64,000 nucleotides of DNA from the human T2T-CHM13v2.0 reference genome, Homo sapiens, in assembly GCF_009914755.1 (NCBI RefSeq), contig NC_060925.1; one strand, written 5' to 3'. A program made the position numbers and the translations under genes. Positions 15,657 through 36,220 of the stretch are shown one piece after another. Every line of letters starts with the position of its first letter. The stretch's first letter is position 1. Below the pieces are notes generated by a model. It was not told where the DNA came from. It did no database searches and saw only the letters and a list, made by a program, of their open reading frames with translations.

Positions 15657-16159
15657 ATTCAAACAGCAGAGAAAAGTAAGGGAAAAATGAGAGAGAGCCA
15701 TTCTGTGGTTCAAATGTGAAAGTTCAAAAGTTCTAGAACTTTCACAGTTGCTCTATAGCCTAGAGTAGTTGTGATATTAGGACACGGGCCCACTCAGAAT
15801 TGTATCGTTGAGTGCAGGAGCGATAGACCTTTAGCTATTAAAATAATGCTCTGCTACTCCAAAGTCTGTTTACAGAATGTTATCAATGACTTCTCAAGCT
15901 TTAGAAATCACACGTTCATTCAAGGCCCACTTCACCTAAACTTGCTAGAGGTACAAAACCCTTTACTCAAGATGTCTACCTCCATACTTTCATGTAATTA
16001 CTCTCACAACTCTGGTTCACTAAAAGAAGGTTTGAAAGTTCTGATTTTTCCCAAACACAAATACCCTCCAAGCAGCCCCTTAAGGGGGAGATGAAGAGCT
16101 GATTATTTTTAAATTAAGGAAAAGTCATTACCTTTTCTTACCTCAGCAGAGTTTTTCAT

Positions 16160-16344
<185 letters not shown>

Positions 16345-16453
16345 TAATTTAAAAATATGGCAAGCTGTACTGAGATGATCTGAGTAACTCCCCCCACCAT
16401 ACATCAGGCTTTGATAATCTAGAAACCCAGGGGAAATAAATAACGTCAATATC

Positions 16454-16818
16454 TGCTAGAGTCTGAATGTTTGTGTCTTTCAAAATTCAGACGAGGAAGC
16501 CTAATCCCCAGTGTGATGGTATTTGGAAGTAGGGCCTTTGGGAGGTGATTAGACCATGAAGGTAGAGTCCTCACGAATGACATAATGTCCTTATGGTAGA
16601 GGAGACCTCAGAGAGCTTCTTCACCCCTTCCACCATGTGAAGACACAGTGAGAAGATGGCTGTCTATGAACCAGGAAGTGGACCCTCACTAGACACTGAA
16701 TCTGCTGACACGTTGAACTTGGACGTCCCAGCCTCCAGGACTACGAGAAATACATTTCTGTTGTTTAAGCCACGCAGTCTGTGGTATCCTGTTTTAGCCT
16801 CTTAAACAAACTAAGACA
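16454..16818 (+). mobile_element. MaLR solo LTR (MLT1A-like)
   Basis: tgctagagtctgaatgtttgtgtc...aaactaagaca; near-TSD atatc/atatg. Confidence 0.85.
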
Positions 16819-17760
16819 ATATGGCAGGTATTAACACAATTATTAGAAGATGACAGCCTTCTAAAATGTGATCTTGCTATCAAAATTTGTCTATTATGTG
16901 AAATATACAATACTTTGAAATGAAAAAAAATCTTTTACCGCAGAATAGCATTTCATTTGCCAGTAATAATTCCAATGGATGATAACTTTTCATACAATTC
17001 ACTAACTTTCTTCATAGAAAATATATTTTATGTCAAAGGTTTTGGGAGAGTCTCAGGGTATGCCTAAAGTCCACACAGAATGTATTTAAAATATCACATG
17101 AGATATTTTCAGCAAGGAAAGGAATCATCTTTCAAAGCAATATAAATACATTCAACATGGAATATTCAAAAAATATAGTAAACCATATATGAATTTCTTC
17201 CTCAATTCTAATTGGGCTAACCATAACCTTACTCCTTTCACTGCTTTTTCTCCAGGTAGAATACTGTGTACATGGCAAAAAGCAAAATGCTAATTTAGGC
17301 ATTTCCCCAGGTTTCCTATCTCATCACCTCTCATTACCCTTCAATGCCCTTCATGTGGATGTTTCTCGCTCACTGCTTCCCTCACTTCCTGAGCACATAT
17401 GATATTGTGACAGTGGAAAAGATATAGCCCCTCTCAAGTAGTCCACAATGACAGAGGAAGATATAAACAAGTAATTGTAGTACAATGAAATAAGTACTTT
17501 GGTACAGATTTGGACAAAGTGCCATGAAATCATTAGAGAAACACTAACTTCTCCTGCAAGGGTCTTGAAAGATGTCGCCCAGGAAGTGATATTAGGAGAG
17601 CCACAGAAGGTAAGTAGGATAAGGAGGAATTCAGCAAGCACAGGGAGGGTACCAGAGATAGGGTGGGGGTAAGATCCTATAGGAAAAGGACTTAGGTGTG
17701 TGGTAAAGACACAGAGAAATAGAGGGTGATGTATTTAGGGAATGCTAACAATTTGGTTTG

Positions 17761-18015
17761 CAGGCATACCTCATTTTATCATGCTTCACTTTATTGCACG
17801 TTGCAGATATTATGGGTTTTTACAAATTGCAGATTTGTGGCAACCCTGTGTCGAACATCTATCAGTGAGATTTTTCCCACAGCATGTGCTCACTTCGTGT
17901 CTCTGTGTCAGCATTCGTAACTCTTTATTGTGATATTCGCTTTACCTAAATATTTGCTTTTTTGTGGTGGTCTGGAACCTGGAACTGAACTCTCGATATC
18001 TCTAAGGTATGCTGT
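17761..18015 (+). mobile_element. Internally deleted Tigger1 retaining both TIRs
   Basis: Begins caggcatacctc and ends aaggtatgctg; both Tigger1 termini joined in ~255 bp. Confidence 0.8.
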
Positions 18016-18467
18016 ACTTCCTAAAAGAATAAATTTTTGCATTGTGCTTTAAAATTGGTCTATTAGAACTACTTGTTTATTATGCCTAAAAAGAATCTGC
18101 AAAGAGAAAAAGGATAGAAAATGAAGACTCCAAAAAAAATCACATAACTTTTATTGCAATTGATTTTATTTTACCAAGACCAAAGAAGTCATAGTATAGT
18201 TAACTATAACAAGATTGGTGGCAATTCCTCTTCCTATAAAAAATACTTTTTAGAACCAGAAGTAATCAAACACAGTTTTCCATTGCAAATATTCTAAATG
18301 TAAATTACTATAACAAACCTTTATATCTCAACATTATAAATCAGTAGTCCTCAGAATAATTAGATTAAATATCTGAATATTCTAGAAAAGTATCAGCAGT
18401 CCATAATTCAAATTTATGATGGCAAGATCTAGAATGATTACAAATTTAAATGAAAATGTGAGGTATA

Positions 18468-18838
<371 letters not shown>

Positions 18839-19213
18839 CTATTGCCTGGTTATCAGGAAAAAGACAGTGCAGTGGTTCAGTCTAAGCTCTGGAGTCTGAT
18901 TGCCCAGGCCCAACACTTGCTAATCATGTGATCCTGGTGATATTACTTATTCTTGCTAAACCCCGTTTCATTCTGTATAAGATACATAACAGTACAATAT
19001 CTGCCTAACAAGCCTGGCAATTAAATGATATAGGCTCATGAAACTCAACAGTGTTCTCCAAAAATGTGAATTGTGATTAATATTGTTATTACCAGTGCTA
19101 GGTGGCATGGAGAATGTACAGAAACAAAAAGCCCAGCTTTCCTCAATAGAGAGTGTACAGAGTTAGAAGCTATGGATGAAATGACATATAACAGCAGTAT
19201 TTAAAACTAAGTG

Positions 19214-19501
19214 GGCTGGGCATGGTGGCTCACACCTGTAATCCCAGCACTTTGGGAGGCCAAGGCAGGAGGATTGCCTGATTGCCAAGGCAGGAGTTGG
19301 AGACTAGCCTGGGCAAAATAGAGAGATCCCATCTCTACAAAAAATTTAAAAATCAGTAGCTGTAGTCCCAGCTACTTGGGAGGCTGAGATGGGAGGATTG
19401 CTTGAGCCCAGGAGTTTGAGGCTGCAGTAAGCCATGATAGCACTACTGCTCTTCACTCTTGGCAACAAAGCAAGATACTGTCTAAAAAAAGGAAAAAAAA
19501 A
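19214..19501 (+). mobile_element. AluJ
   Basis: Diverged Alu. Confidence 0.9.
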
Positions 19502-20235
19502 GTAACCTTAAGCAAAGGAGAGTTAGCAAGGGAAACTGAGGTGAATGCAGCCGAAGGAATACCAGGAGGCAAAACAGAAAACCTGAGCGGGCAAAGAAAA
19601 GAAGAATGGGGCCAATGCATAGAATAAATAAATAATATGCAATTCTTATAATGTAATAGAGAACATAAAAAATTAAAGAAGCTACTCTATGCAGTGAAAA
19701 ATTAGCATCTTTGCATCCTAGTGCACAAAGCATTAAAACTATCAGAACGATTTAATCTGTAAAACTTGAAGCTGCAAATGTGGATATCCAAGGGTACTTA
19801 CCTAGTGTAATTGTTGAGAAGACTCAGAAGCTGCTGGGACCTGAAGTATCCCTAGAAATAATACATTCCTTTTATATGTTGAAAATAGTATTATCTGTTA
19901 GAAAAAAAGGATAGAAACTTTTTCCTGAAGTTGGTTACCATGATGTTCACATACAAAAACTAGACTGAAACATTCATTTGCACTCAAGGAAAAATGTTTC
20001 ACAGGCATTGGTTGAAGTGATATTTTTCCTGATCTGTCACAAACCAGAAACTCCCAGTGTACTGAGATTGTTAATATGATGTAAATTAAGCACTTAATGG
20101 ATTACGTTTCAGTGATAATCATGTAAAACCATTGATTTAGTCCAGGAATTGAGGGATAATTTGAAGCATTATGTTCCAGCAATCACATCAATAACGACCA
20201 AAGTCTGGGGGACAGTGGCATGTACATTTCTGTTA

Positions 20236-20553
<318 letters not shown>

Positions 20554-20799
20554 AGACAGTGTCTAACTGAAGAACATTATGTCCTCTGCTTTTCCTACTC
20601 ATCCAGCGGATTCACAGTTTTTGGTTTGAACACTGAAGAATAGAAATACTTCTATAGCACCAGAGTATCGGCAAATCCTCATCTTTTCTTTAGTAATGTG
20701 TCAAGCATTTGCAAGCTGGTGAAGTGGATTACGAGGCTGCAATCACACCACTGGAATCTAATGAATAACACTTTTCAAAATCTTAAGTTCTTTTTAAAA

Positions 20800-21665
<866 letters not shown>

Positions 21666-22205
21666 TGTTTTAAGTGTAGGGGTAGGGAAACAATTGTCTG
21701 CTTTTCTATTATTGTAAGTTTCTTTTCTTATAATATTTAGAATCCTTTTGTCCCTAAATAGTATCTTTGTAATTCTTATCACAGGTGGAAACAGAAAAGA
21801 GGATGGTCCCAAGTTTTCCATGGTGTTTTCCACCTGGTGTCTTGGTACAAATGCTCTGTGCTGACACTGTTGGGGATGGGAGGGCATGTGAAATCCATCT
21901 GCTCTTGTCAGGCAGCCAATGCTAACTGTGGGGTCCCAGCAAACTAAGTCACCCATCAAAGTAATCTGGAGTACAGAAGTCAGAAATCTAAGGCTAAACT
22001 GAAAGTCCATGAGAAAGAGTTGGGAGTGAAACATTCGAGTAATTAGTTCAAACATCAAATAGAAGTAGACAATAGCAAGATTGAAGTCAGGGTATGGTGT
22101 CTAGTGTTTAAAGTTAGACAGAAATCAGATCAGAATATGAGTAGGTAAGAAACAAGCACTTAATGTAAATGACGTTAGTGAAAGGCCTTTAATATTAGAA
22201 ACATC

Positions 22206-22527
22206 GGGCAGGACGTGGTGTCTCATGCTTGTAATCCCAGCACCATGGGAGACGGAGGTGGAGGCGGGTGGATCACTTGAGGTCAGGAGTTTGAGACCAG
22301 CTTGGCCAACATGGTGAAACCCCATCTCTACTAAAAATACACACCACAAAAAAATTAGCTAGGCATGGCGGCACATACCTGTAGTCCCAGTTACTTGGGC
22401 GGGGAGGCTGAGGCAGGAGAATCACTTGAATCCAGGAGGCGGAGGTTGCAGTGAGCCCAGATCAAGCCACTGCTCTCCAGCCTGGGCCACAGAGCAAGAC
22501 TCCATCCCCCTCCCCGCTCCAAAAAAA
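22206..22527 (+). mobile_element. AluS
   Basis: Alu consensus. Confidence 0.9.
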
Positions 22528-23089
22528 TTCAGAACATAGGTAGTGCATTGAAAGACACTGAATGACCAATTATTCTTTGCGCTGATTCTTTGCGTTCTTG
22601 GAGGATGGGTAGACATTGTTGATTGCCTTCAAAATAGCCATTTCCTCCTTTCCCTGCATCACTCCGACATCCCCTCCTCCATTCTGGCTAAGTATAGGAC
22701 TGAAAATGCTGTGTATTCTATTTCCATTCCTTCTTCCAGTTTGTGCTAAGAGTGAGATCTAACTGTGGCCCATGTGACCTGGTGGGAGATTGCTGGGAGA
22801 CTTATTAGATTGGGTTTTCTCCCTAGTTTAAAAAAAAAAAAAAAAGATCTTATATAATTAACCTTTGTTTTGTAAGACATTGTCTTTGTCTGATTCCTGA
22901 AGTGTAACAACTGTCTTGAAACCAGGAAGGGACAAGTCAAATGACAGCAAAATTAGAATATAGAATACACCCAAGTCCCTGATACCAATATGGCACTTCT
23001 GATTTAAACAACCATAGGATGCCTTATCTTCACTTTTAAAAATGTGAGTTTTAACTACTTTCAATAACGTTCAATAATGTACTCTGATC

Positions 23090-23301
<212 letters not shown>

Positions 23302-23564
23302 TAGTTATGAATCTTAATTACAATGGAAAGGACACAGTTGTACTTTTAGTGTGATGGAATTACCATCACAATTAACCATTGGAATTACCATCCAATTACC
23401 ACTTGGGTTTCTGATCTGGAACATCCTTCTAATGAATGTTGCATTTGGTCAATATTCCAAGAGCTAAAGATAGTATTGTGTACTAAGAGATCTTAAGAGC
23501 TGAGGGCGACACGCAGTGTTACTTGGCAGTGAATGCTTCCTCAGAAACAGTGAAATCATGGAAA

Positions 23565-24194
23565 CGTCAGGGGCGTTTGAACTAGAGCAACTCCATCTTG
23601 AATAGGGGCTGGGGAAAATAAGGCTGAGGCCTCCTGCGCTGCATTCCCAGAGGCATTCTTAGTCACAGGATGAGATAGGTCAGCACAAGATACAGGTCAC
23701 AAAAGCCCTGCTGATAAAACAAGACACAGTAAAGAAGCCAGCCAAAAGCCACCAAAGCCAAGACGGCAATAAAAGTGACCTCTGATCATCCTCATTGCTC
23801 ATTATACACTAATTATAATGCATCAGCATGCTCAAAGACACTCCCACCAGTGCCATGACTATTTACAAATGTCATGGCAACGTCCAGAAGTTACCCTATA
23901 TGGTCTAAAAGGAGGAGGAACTCTCAGTTCCAGGAATTGCCTGCCCTTTCCCGGAAAACTCATGAATAATCCAACCCTTGTTTAGCATAAGCATATCATC
24001 AATAAATAACTATAAGTATATTCACTCAAGCCGCCCATGCCACTGCTCTGCCTATGGAGAAGCGATTCTTTATTCCTTTACTTTCCTAGTAAACTTTCTT
24101 TCACTTTGCTCTGTGGACTCGCCCAGAATTCTTTCTTGCGTGAGGTTCAAAAACCATCTCTTGGGGTCTGAATCGGAACCCCTTTTGGATAACA
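23565..24194 (+). mobile_element. Solo MER41B LTR with intact tandem GAS motifs
   Basis: (t>c)gtcaggggcgtttgaactagagcaactccatcttg...ggataaca; TSD GAAA; TTCCAGGAA 23928-23936 and TTCCCGGAA 23948-23956. Confidence 0.88.
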
Positions 24195-25777
24195 GAAACA
24201 TCAAGGCACAGTGCCCAAAATGGGCAGTATATGAAGGACCATATAAGTTCCTCGAGGTTGGGAGGGGGTGCAGGGAAGGAGGTTGATTTTCTTTGAGATA
24301 TGGGTTATACACCTGGCTTCTATCTGTAGTGCTTTGGTTTGATTTATAGCTGAGCTCATTGACCAGGACCTTGTCTATATGACATCTCAATTTCCCTTAA
24401 TCTATTTCAGTAAAGATTCAAAGGCAAGACTTGGCTGGAAACCAAAACACATCATTTTGATTAGGGTTTTGGGTTCAGCAAAGGCTACAAGCAGGGCCTG
24501 TAACTCCTTATGATCGACACATTGTGATATTGCCCAGAAGCAGTTTTGATGGCTCTTGAACCAGAACTCTGCTTTCCTTTTTAAATTAAAATGATACAGA
24601 TGATACAGTTTTGCTGCCTGGTGGTCCTGCCCCTTTTGGAAAGTGATCAGGTCTTATACGGAGCAACTCTACTATACTCCTGTCTTCATCCCCTATCTCC
24701 ACATTAAGGAAGATCAAGAATCAGAAAGGGTGTATACATTCCCTTCAAGCAATTACCTCTATCTTCAAGCAAGAGTCTGCTCAGCAAAAGCCTCTTCGGA
24801 CCACCCCAGCTAACTGCAGGGTACCTCTACCTAAGCCCAGAACGAACTACTGGACTGTCAATGGTCCTGGCCACAACTTTGCTCCTGTAGGAAAGTGAGA
24901 AAATGGAAAGTCAGATCCTGAGGCCAGAGCTGCAAATAACACAGTGTGGGATGGATAAGTAGCCAAATTACCATAAGGCAAGTTGCTAAGTGCTGTGATA
25001 GATGATCAAAGAGAAGAAAGTAGGGAACCCCAGAGAAGATGGAGATGGGAGATAATTTTCAAGTCTACATTTAGGAAGGAATATTAGAGCTGATAGTAAA
25101 TTCCATAGGAGGTTGCCCTGGGGTGTAGGGATAGGGAAGGCTTTTTAAGCAAGGGAAGCCAGGAGTACACATAAAATCATGAATACCAGCATGTATGCAT
25201 TGTACTTAGGACACAGTGAGTACCTTAGATAAAGACAGTATACTTTATACTCAAGTGTACTTTTATATTCAGGAATGGAAACAGAAAGATGGTGGTGGGG
25301 AATGCAGAAAGGTAAGATGGAAAGATAAATTGAAGATCTATTATGAAGGCTTTGACTGGCATACCCTGGAAAATGGCCTGGAAACTATTGAATGTTTCTA
25401 ATCTGGTCAAATAATTAGGTCCCTCCCAGATCACATGCCTACAGAGGCTGGACACTTAATGTAAATTATGAAGAGGCCCCCAAGTGGAGATGGTGATGAA
25501 TTATGCCCGTTTAAAAGGGTTTGTGCTACCCAGCTGCAGGGGATTTTTACCATTTGAAAAGACAAACCAATGTCCCCAGATCTTTAAATTGTTAAAAAGA
25601 AGTCAGGAAGCCAACTACACCAAACTCCCAATTTCTAAATGTTGACAGCTAATTTAAAACCAAAGTGAGTACATTCTGTTGGCCAAACAACACATTTCTA
25701 TAAGCTGGATTTGTCTGGATCTGAAAGCTTCTGGATTTTCACTCAGCCCTAAACAATGCTGCAAAGTAGATAAATTA

Positions 25778-25848
25778 TGTGTGTGTGTGTGTGTGAGAGA
25801 GAGAGAAAGAGAGACAGAGAGAGAAAGAGAGAGGGAGAGAGAGGGAGA
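25778..25848. repeat. Compound (GT)n(GA)n microsatellite
   Basis: Read directly from sequence. Confidence 0.95.
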
Positions 25849-27018
25849 GTCCATTTTTATGGTTTCATCACGTTGAATTTTTAAATGAGATTTGAAAACC
25901 CAACGTATTTAAAGGGTCAATTAATGGCAACACAGCTCAGGAGACAGGCTGCACATAATGGCTCTGTGGTTAGAAGTCTAGCCCTAGGACTGAAACCGAT
26001 TTATTCAGTGACCTTGAATAAGGTCATTAACCATGAGTTGGCTTCAGCATCTGTCTCTAACACATCCAAGGTAGCAACTGCCAAGCTGCTAGGAGAAGAG
26101 CTCACTGAAGAGATTTAAACACTTAGCTCCCTCCCAAAAACGTGTTTTCAAGAACTCACAATCATCTCTGTCATTTGTTTCATTTAAACAGTTCTCATGA
26201 ATTTTGCCAAGATTATCAGCACACTATAATAACGTCTGAAAACGACACTTATTAAACACTATCAGCTGAATGTAAGCTTTCACAGCATTGTAAAACAAAC
26301 AAACAAAAAAACCCAATACTTGTTTTATAAATTATGACATACGTTTTCCAGGAAAAAATATCTCTATTTGTTTCCAGTCAATATATTTTTTTCAACCCCT
26401 TAGGCTCTTAAACTAACTCCCTTTTAAAAGCACAGTAGAAAAATAAAAATGTATTCAATATTTTCAGCCTCGTTCTTCATAAGCAAATAAATTGAGAGGA
26501 GAACTAATATTTACTTCTCTTCTTATCCACTCAGGTGGCTGCATTTGAGATTTTGAATATGAATTATCTATATATATATCCGATCCTGCAGTCAAAGCGA
26601 TGAAGAACGCTCATTTGCATTATAATTTTTAGCAAGACATATTTAGTTAACTATAATGGACTTCTTTGTATTTTGATACCAAAGCATATTTAATATTCCC
26701 ATGTTGTATTTGTCAAACCTAAATGTGTGCTGCACAGATATGCAAAATAATTATAATTTTAACCGTTTCAGTTCAACTAATATATTTCATATATTCCAAA
26801 ATTACTACATAGCATATGCTACCATATTTCCTCTATTTATTTGTATACAATTCTTCTTCTCTCTTGATATGGTTTTTCAGTCTTTAGTAACGCCTTCAAT
26901 CTCATCCAACTTATTACTGGCATTAAAAAATAATCCTTGTGCTTCTCATTTGCAAACTTTGTGATATTTCTTCAACATTATAAATTAATTGACTGCTCTT
27001 CTTAAACACCTTTAGCAT

Positions 27019-27295
27019 TGGCAAGAAGCAGTGGCTCATGCCCGTAATGACAGCGCTTTGGGAGGTCAAGGCCAGGGGATCACTTGAGGCTAGGAGTTCA
27101 AGACCAGCCTGGGCAATAAGCAAGACACTTGTTTTTACAAAAACTCAAATCGTTAGCCAGGTGTGGTAGCATGTGCCTATAGTTCTACCTACTCAGGAGG
27201 CTGAGGCAGGAAGATTGCTTGAACCCAAGAGCTCAAGGCTGCAGTGAGCTGTGACATTGCACTCTAGCCTCGGTGACAGTGTCTCTTAGAAGAAA
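27019..27295 (+). mobile_element. AluJ
   Basis: Diverged Alu. Confidence 0.88.
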
Positions 27296-28059
27296 GAATA
27301 CACAGCCTTGATCTTACAAAATCAATGTACACATTTCATTTTTGTGCATTGTAAGTATGGTGACATATTCCCCACTTCACTCCCACTGCTTCCCCCTACC
27401 CCTTCCTCTTTAGCGAGAGACCACCTGCTCCAACAATTTCACCCATGTTTTGCTACATTCTTATTTGCATTCTTTTCTTGGCATCTCCTGCGTCATATAG
27501 AGCTGATTCTATTGGCATCTGAGTGCATTTCTCACCCTCTACCCTCCTACATGCAGCTCGCCGGCTACTCTGTCCAAGCCCATCTTCTGACTGCGCTCTT
27601 TGTCTTCCTCATCCACTCCCAAACTCCATCCCTTGTTTTTTATTGACCTTTATGCTCGGAGCTGCCTCCCACGAACATTCATAAACCTCCTTACCACAGT
27701 CTCCCAAATCATTTCCCCAGAAGGCTTTCTAGTCTTGTAAGCGTTCCTATTTGTGTCGGCATGCTATACTCTTAGCTGTTTCTGCTCATGTACAGCAATT
27801 CTCTTTTCTTCCTTGAAAGATTTCATCTGAAACCTTATTATTTTCTGAATTCCTTTTTTGAACAGGAATAGTCAGGGAATTCACAGCAATATAGGTTAAA
27901 TAAACACACCTAACATTTACTTTGAAGTAAATAAGGCCAACATGAGCGGGAGTCATACTCTTGCCTGATGGTCAAAGGGAACAGTGATAGCAGAACCAAA
28001 ATTGTTCCTCGCATGTGGGAAATTACATCTTTGTTATGGTATTTTCATAAGCACTACTT

Positions 28060-28173
28060 GCCGGGTGCAGTGGCTCACGCCTGTAATTCCAACGCTTTGG
28101 GAGGCCAAGGCAGGAGGATTGCTTGAGCCCAGGAGTTTAAGATCAGCCTGGGCATCATAGTGAGACCCCTTCT

Positions 28174-28214
<41 letters not shown>

Positions 28215-28350
28215 TTAAAAATTAGCTGGGCATGGTGGCACATGCCTGTAGTCCCAGCTACTTGTGAGGCCAAGGTGGAATGACTGCTGATCACTCCACT
28301 GAACTCCAGCCTGAGCCAGACTTTGTCTCAAAAATAAATAAATAAATAGT
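28060..28350 (+). mobile_element. AluJ with a (CA)n microsatellite in its central linker (~28175-28208)
   Basis: Alu arms flank the (CA)n. Confidence 0.9.
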
Positions 28351-28405
28351 AACAGTAAGCGCTACTATCAGGAAATTTGAACTTTTTTATAAAAGTGCCA
28401 GGTCA

Positions 28406-28825
<420 letters not shown>

Positions 28826-29599
28826 TTAAATCTTTTTGAAAGCAGACACTATTATATATTTTTCAACTAGAGCAACTAGCAAACTAGCTTTTGGAGGACC
28901 TCTTTGTCATCCACTTGTTGCAGGCTTCTATACAGTTTCCAAAATCTGAAATTCTGTATCTGTCTTTGTTCATTGTGATCAGATATAAACTAAAGGCAAA
29001 AATAACAGCAATCAATAGTAATTATAAGCTTTGGACTCCTTGTAAATGAAGGTCAGAGGACAGACTGCCAAACTCCTCTTGGGAATGATGGCTCCCAGTC
29101 TGGGAAAAGACCGACACTAAATAAATTGTTCCCTGCCTTGCCCAAGGGCTCAAAAAGTGCCTTTTGTCCTGAACTGTAAAAGTAGTGAGGAGAAAATGTG
29201 GAGGTTTAAGCTCCTCATTCAGTCTCCTCCAACCATTCCATCAAGCGGGACATCCTCTCTCTCTAAACTTCTATTGCACTTAGATTTTTGGCCACTGAAC
29301 TTTCTTGGGGTCAACCATATCGTCTTTTCTCTCTCTGTGTATTTGTTTTCCTGCTACCTTCTTATATAGAATTGCTGGAGGTAGGGGCCATAAGAATATA
29401 TTAGCTTTTCTTGTCAGTTCACCATTAGTACAATGCAAATGGGAGATATATCAATTCATTTAAGGCATACCCACTATGCGCCAGGCACTGCGTGGGGTCC
29501 TAGAGATATAATAGTAAATAAGACACTGCCCTATCCTCAGAGGTATGAAATCTAGAGGAGAGAGACAGGCAAGCAAATAGGCAAACACTTTGAAATATG

Positions 29600-30756
<1,157 letters not shown>

Positions 30757-31357
30757 TGTGATAAATGTGATCATTGAAGCCAAGGTTAGGGGCTCTGAGA
30801 GCATATTCGAGAAATTTGAAGGGTCCCGGATGAGCTCTTGGATGAAGTGACTTCTAACCTGCAATCTGAAGTTGGGTAGAACTTAGCACGGAATGCAAGG
30901 GTGGCGGAGGGGAGCAGAAAAGTTTTCCAGACAGCTTTAATGGCAACCCCAGAGACGAGAAGAAGTAGACAGCACATTAAAAACAAACAAACAAACAAAA
31001 AAACAGTAAATAATAAATCCGTCAGTATATTTGGAGTTTCTAATGGCGGTGTGGATTGGAGGTGGGGAAAGAGGAACTGTGCTATGCTGAAATGAACGTC
31101 TAAAGGTGAGCAGAGCCTTAGAGACAAAAGTTTTCATGAGAGACAGAATAAACAAACAGACAATGGCCAGACCCTGGATGACAACTGACCCACAACCTCT
31201 GAAGCAACCAGTCCAGGATGTCAACCAAACCACAACCTCTGTAGCATTGACTCAGAACATTCAGGGCTGTTGAATGGTCAATGACTGCCAGCTTCCCTCC
31301 CTGTTCCCTCTCTCCCTGACCCCATCCAACTCAGGACCAACCAGAGAAAGCTAAACA

Positions 31358-33109
<1,752 letters not shown>

Positions 33110-33189
33110 TATGCTCCTGAAACCAGGCACGTAAGATGCCCCATGCCATCAGCCTCCCCAGTTCCCCAGTCAGAGCACTCTGGAAGCCT

Positions 33190-33222
<33 letters not shown>

Positions 33223-33669
33223 CCAGTATAAAGCTTTCCCACTCCTCTGCTTACCTTTGAGTCTCTGCCAGAGGGAAGTGATGGTGGCTGAGTCCCTTGT
33301 CAGGGCAGGCTCTGAATCAATACCTTCTGTTTGTTCTTATTTGGGTATTCTTTGTTTATTTCCACATACAATTGCCAACACTACCACCAATATTTATAAT
33401 TGTCTCTTATTTGGCACACCAGAGGTGTTATACCCTGAAGGCAAGGCAACATATTAAGATTTAGGTTGGGTGAGAATGATGCTTTCTTTTCTAAAGAAAG
33501 AAAAGAGCAATTATGAAAGTGGGAGGGGAGGGGAGTAGGAAAGAAAAGGAGAATATTTTGACCTTGAAGCATATTCTCAGATTAATTTTAGAAAATAATA
33601 TCTATGGAAGTTTAGGATCAAGAAAATAATTCCTGATGAACCTTCCCAGGAGCCCTTTTTGTTGTTGTT

Positions 33670-33970
33670 GTTTCTTTTGTTTTTTTTGGTTATTTTCTTG
33701 AGGCAGGGTCTTGCTCTCTTACCTAGGCTGGAGTACAGTGACACAAACACGACTCATTGCAGCCTTGACCTCCTGGGCTCAAGTGATCCTACTGCCTCAG
33801 CCTCCCATGTAGTTGGAACCACAGGTGCATGCCACCATGACCAGCTAATTTTTTTATTTTTTAAAAATTATAAATTTTGGTCTTGAACTCCTGGGCTCCT
33901 CAAATTCCTGGGCTCAAGTGCCTTGGCCTCCCAAAGTGCTAGGATTACAGACATGAGCCACCATGCTGGC
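33670..33970 (-). mobile_element. AluJ
   Basis: Diverged Alu. Confidence 0.85.
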
Positions 33971-34524
33971 CCACACTCTCTTTATAGCTACCTAGTCCAT
34001 TATTACATATTCTCAGCATGGCGTTTTTCACTGTCTGATATTTCCCCTTCTCTTCCTCCCTCCTTCCCTCCTTATTTCTCTTTTGACCTCTTCTCAAGTA
34101 GAATGTCAACTCCATGAGACCTATGACAATTTTATCTGAAAACCTAGGGCAGTGCTTTGTCCATAGTTTGACACTGAATATATATTTGCTGAATAAGTAA
34201 ATGAGAATAGAGAAAATGTCAAGAAGTTGAGGACATTCTCGTCTGATGGTTTGTAATTGCTCTGTGAAGTAGGAGGCCAAGTAGGAGACTAAAAGTAGAA
34301 ATAGTGGAGTGGGCAAGTTGAAGAGGGTGGAATTTGGGGTGGTGAGAATGGAAGAAAGTGATGACAAAGAGAACACAGATTAATTGTTGGACAGCATTTA
34401 GGCCCTGCCACTCTAAAAATACAATGATTGCATGAAAGAATGAATGAATAAGGGCATGTCATTCTGCTGCTACTGTTCTGAAAAGCGCTTCTGAGAAATT
34501 GAGCTAAGCTTAATCACACAGTAT

Positions 34525-34968
34525 GTGTGGTAGACAGAAAAATTACCTTCAAAGATATCCATATCCTAACCCCTAGAATCTGTGAACCTGTTGCCTCACA
34601 TGACAAAAGGGACTTTTATAGAAATGTTTAAAATTTAAGGATTTTGAGGTGGGAAGTTTATCTTGGATAGTCCAGGTAGACTCGATATAATCAGAAGGGT
34701 CTTTATTAGAGAACAATGGAAAGGAAACTCAGAGTTAGAGGAGATCTGAAGATGGAAGCAGTGGGCAGAGTGAAGGAAGAAAGGTGATACAAGCAAGGAA
34801 TGCAGGTGGCCTTTGGAATACACAAACGGTAAGGAAATCAGTTCTTCCCTAGAGCCCCAAGAAAGAACACAGTCTTGTTGACCCCTTGATTTTAGGTCTT
34901 CTGACCTCCAGAACTGTAAGGTAATACAGTTGTGTGGTGACTTACAGCAGCAATAAGAAATTAATATA
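34525..34968 (+). mobile_element. MaLR LTR (MLT1C/D-like)
   Basis: tgtggtagacagaa...cctccagaactgtaag...cagcagcaataagaaattaata. Confidence 0.75.
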
Positions 34969-35320
34969 CCTTCAGTTCTATGCAGAACGTGCTTCTCAAA
35001 CCATAATCTGAGACCTTCTTAAAATGTAGCCTCTGATTCAGTAGGTTTGATGTGGTGAGACCTGAGATTCTGCATATTTAACAAGCTCCCAGGTGAGGCC
35101 AGCCCTTTTGGGCTACAAACACTTGAAGTAGAATAAATCTAGAAGGCACCATCATGACAAATGAGAGAAATAGCTGTTATGGCCATACAGCATGTCTTTC
35201 ATTTGTGTAGTTTTTCCAAACTTATAAATGAATATTGCATTTTATAAACACAGAAATGCTATAAAGCAGATACTAATATCTTTCCTATCACTGTCAAGAG
35301 AAAGGATATTCAGAAAGGGG

Positions 35321-36220
<900 letters not shown>

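Noticed and set aside
19796-19853. Possible 50-nt minus-strand exon (TAG|GTAAGT donor, weak acceptor); similar minus-strand donors at ~16140 and ~59085
   Set aside because: Such donor motifs are expected a few times by chance in 64 kb on two strands, and there is no supporting structure.
26598-26610. CGATGAAGAACGC, identical to a conserved 5.8S rRNA motif
   Set aside because: Only 13 nt and the flanks do not match 5.8S; compatible with chance.
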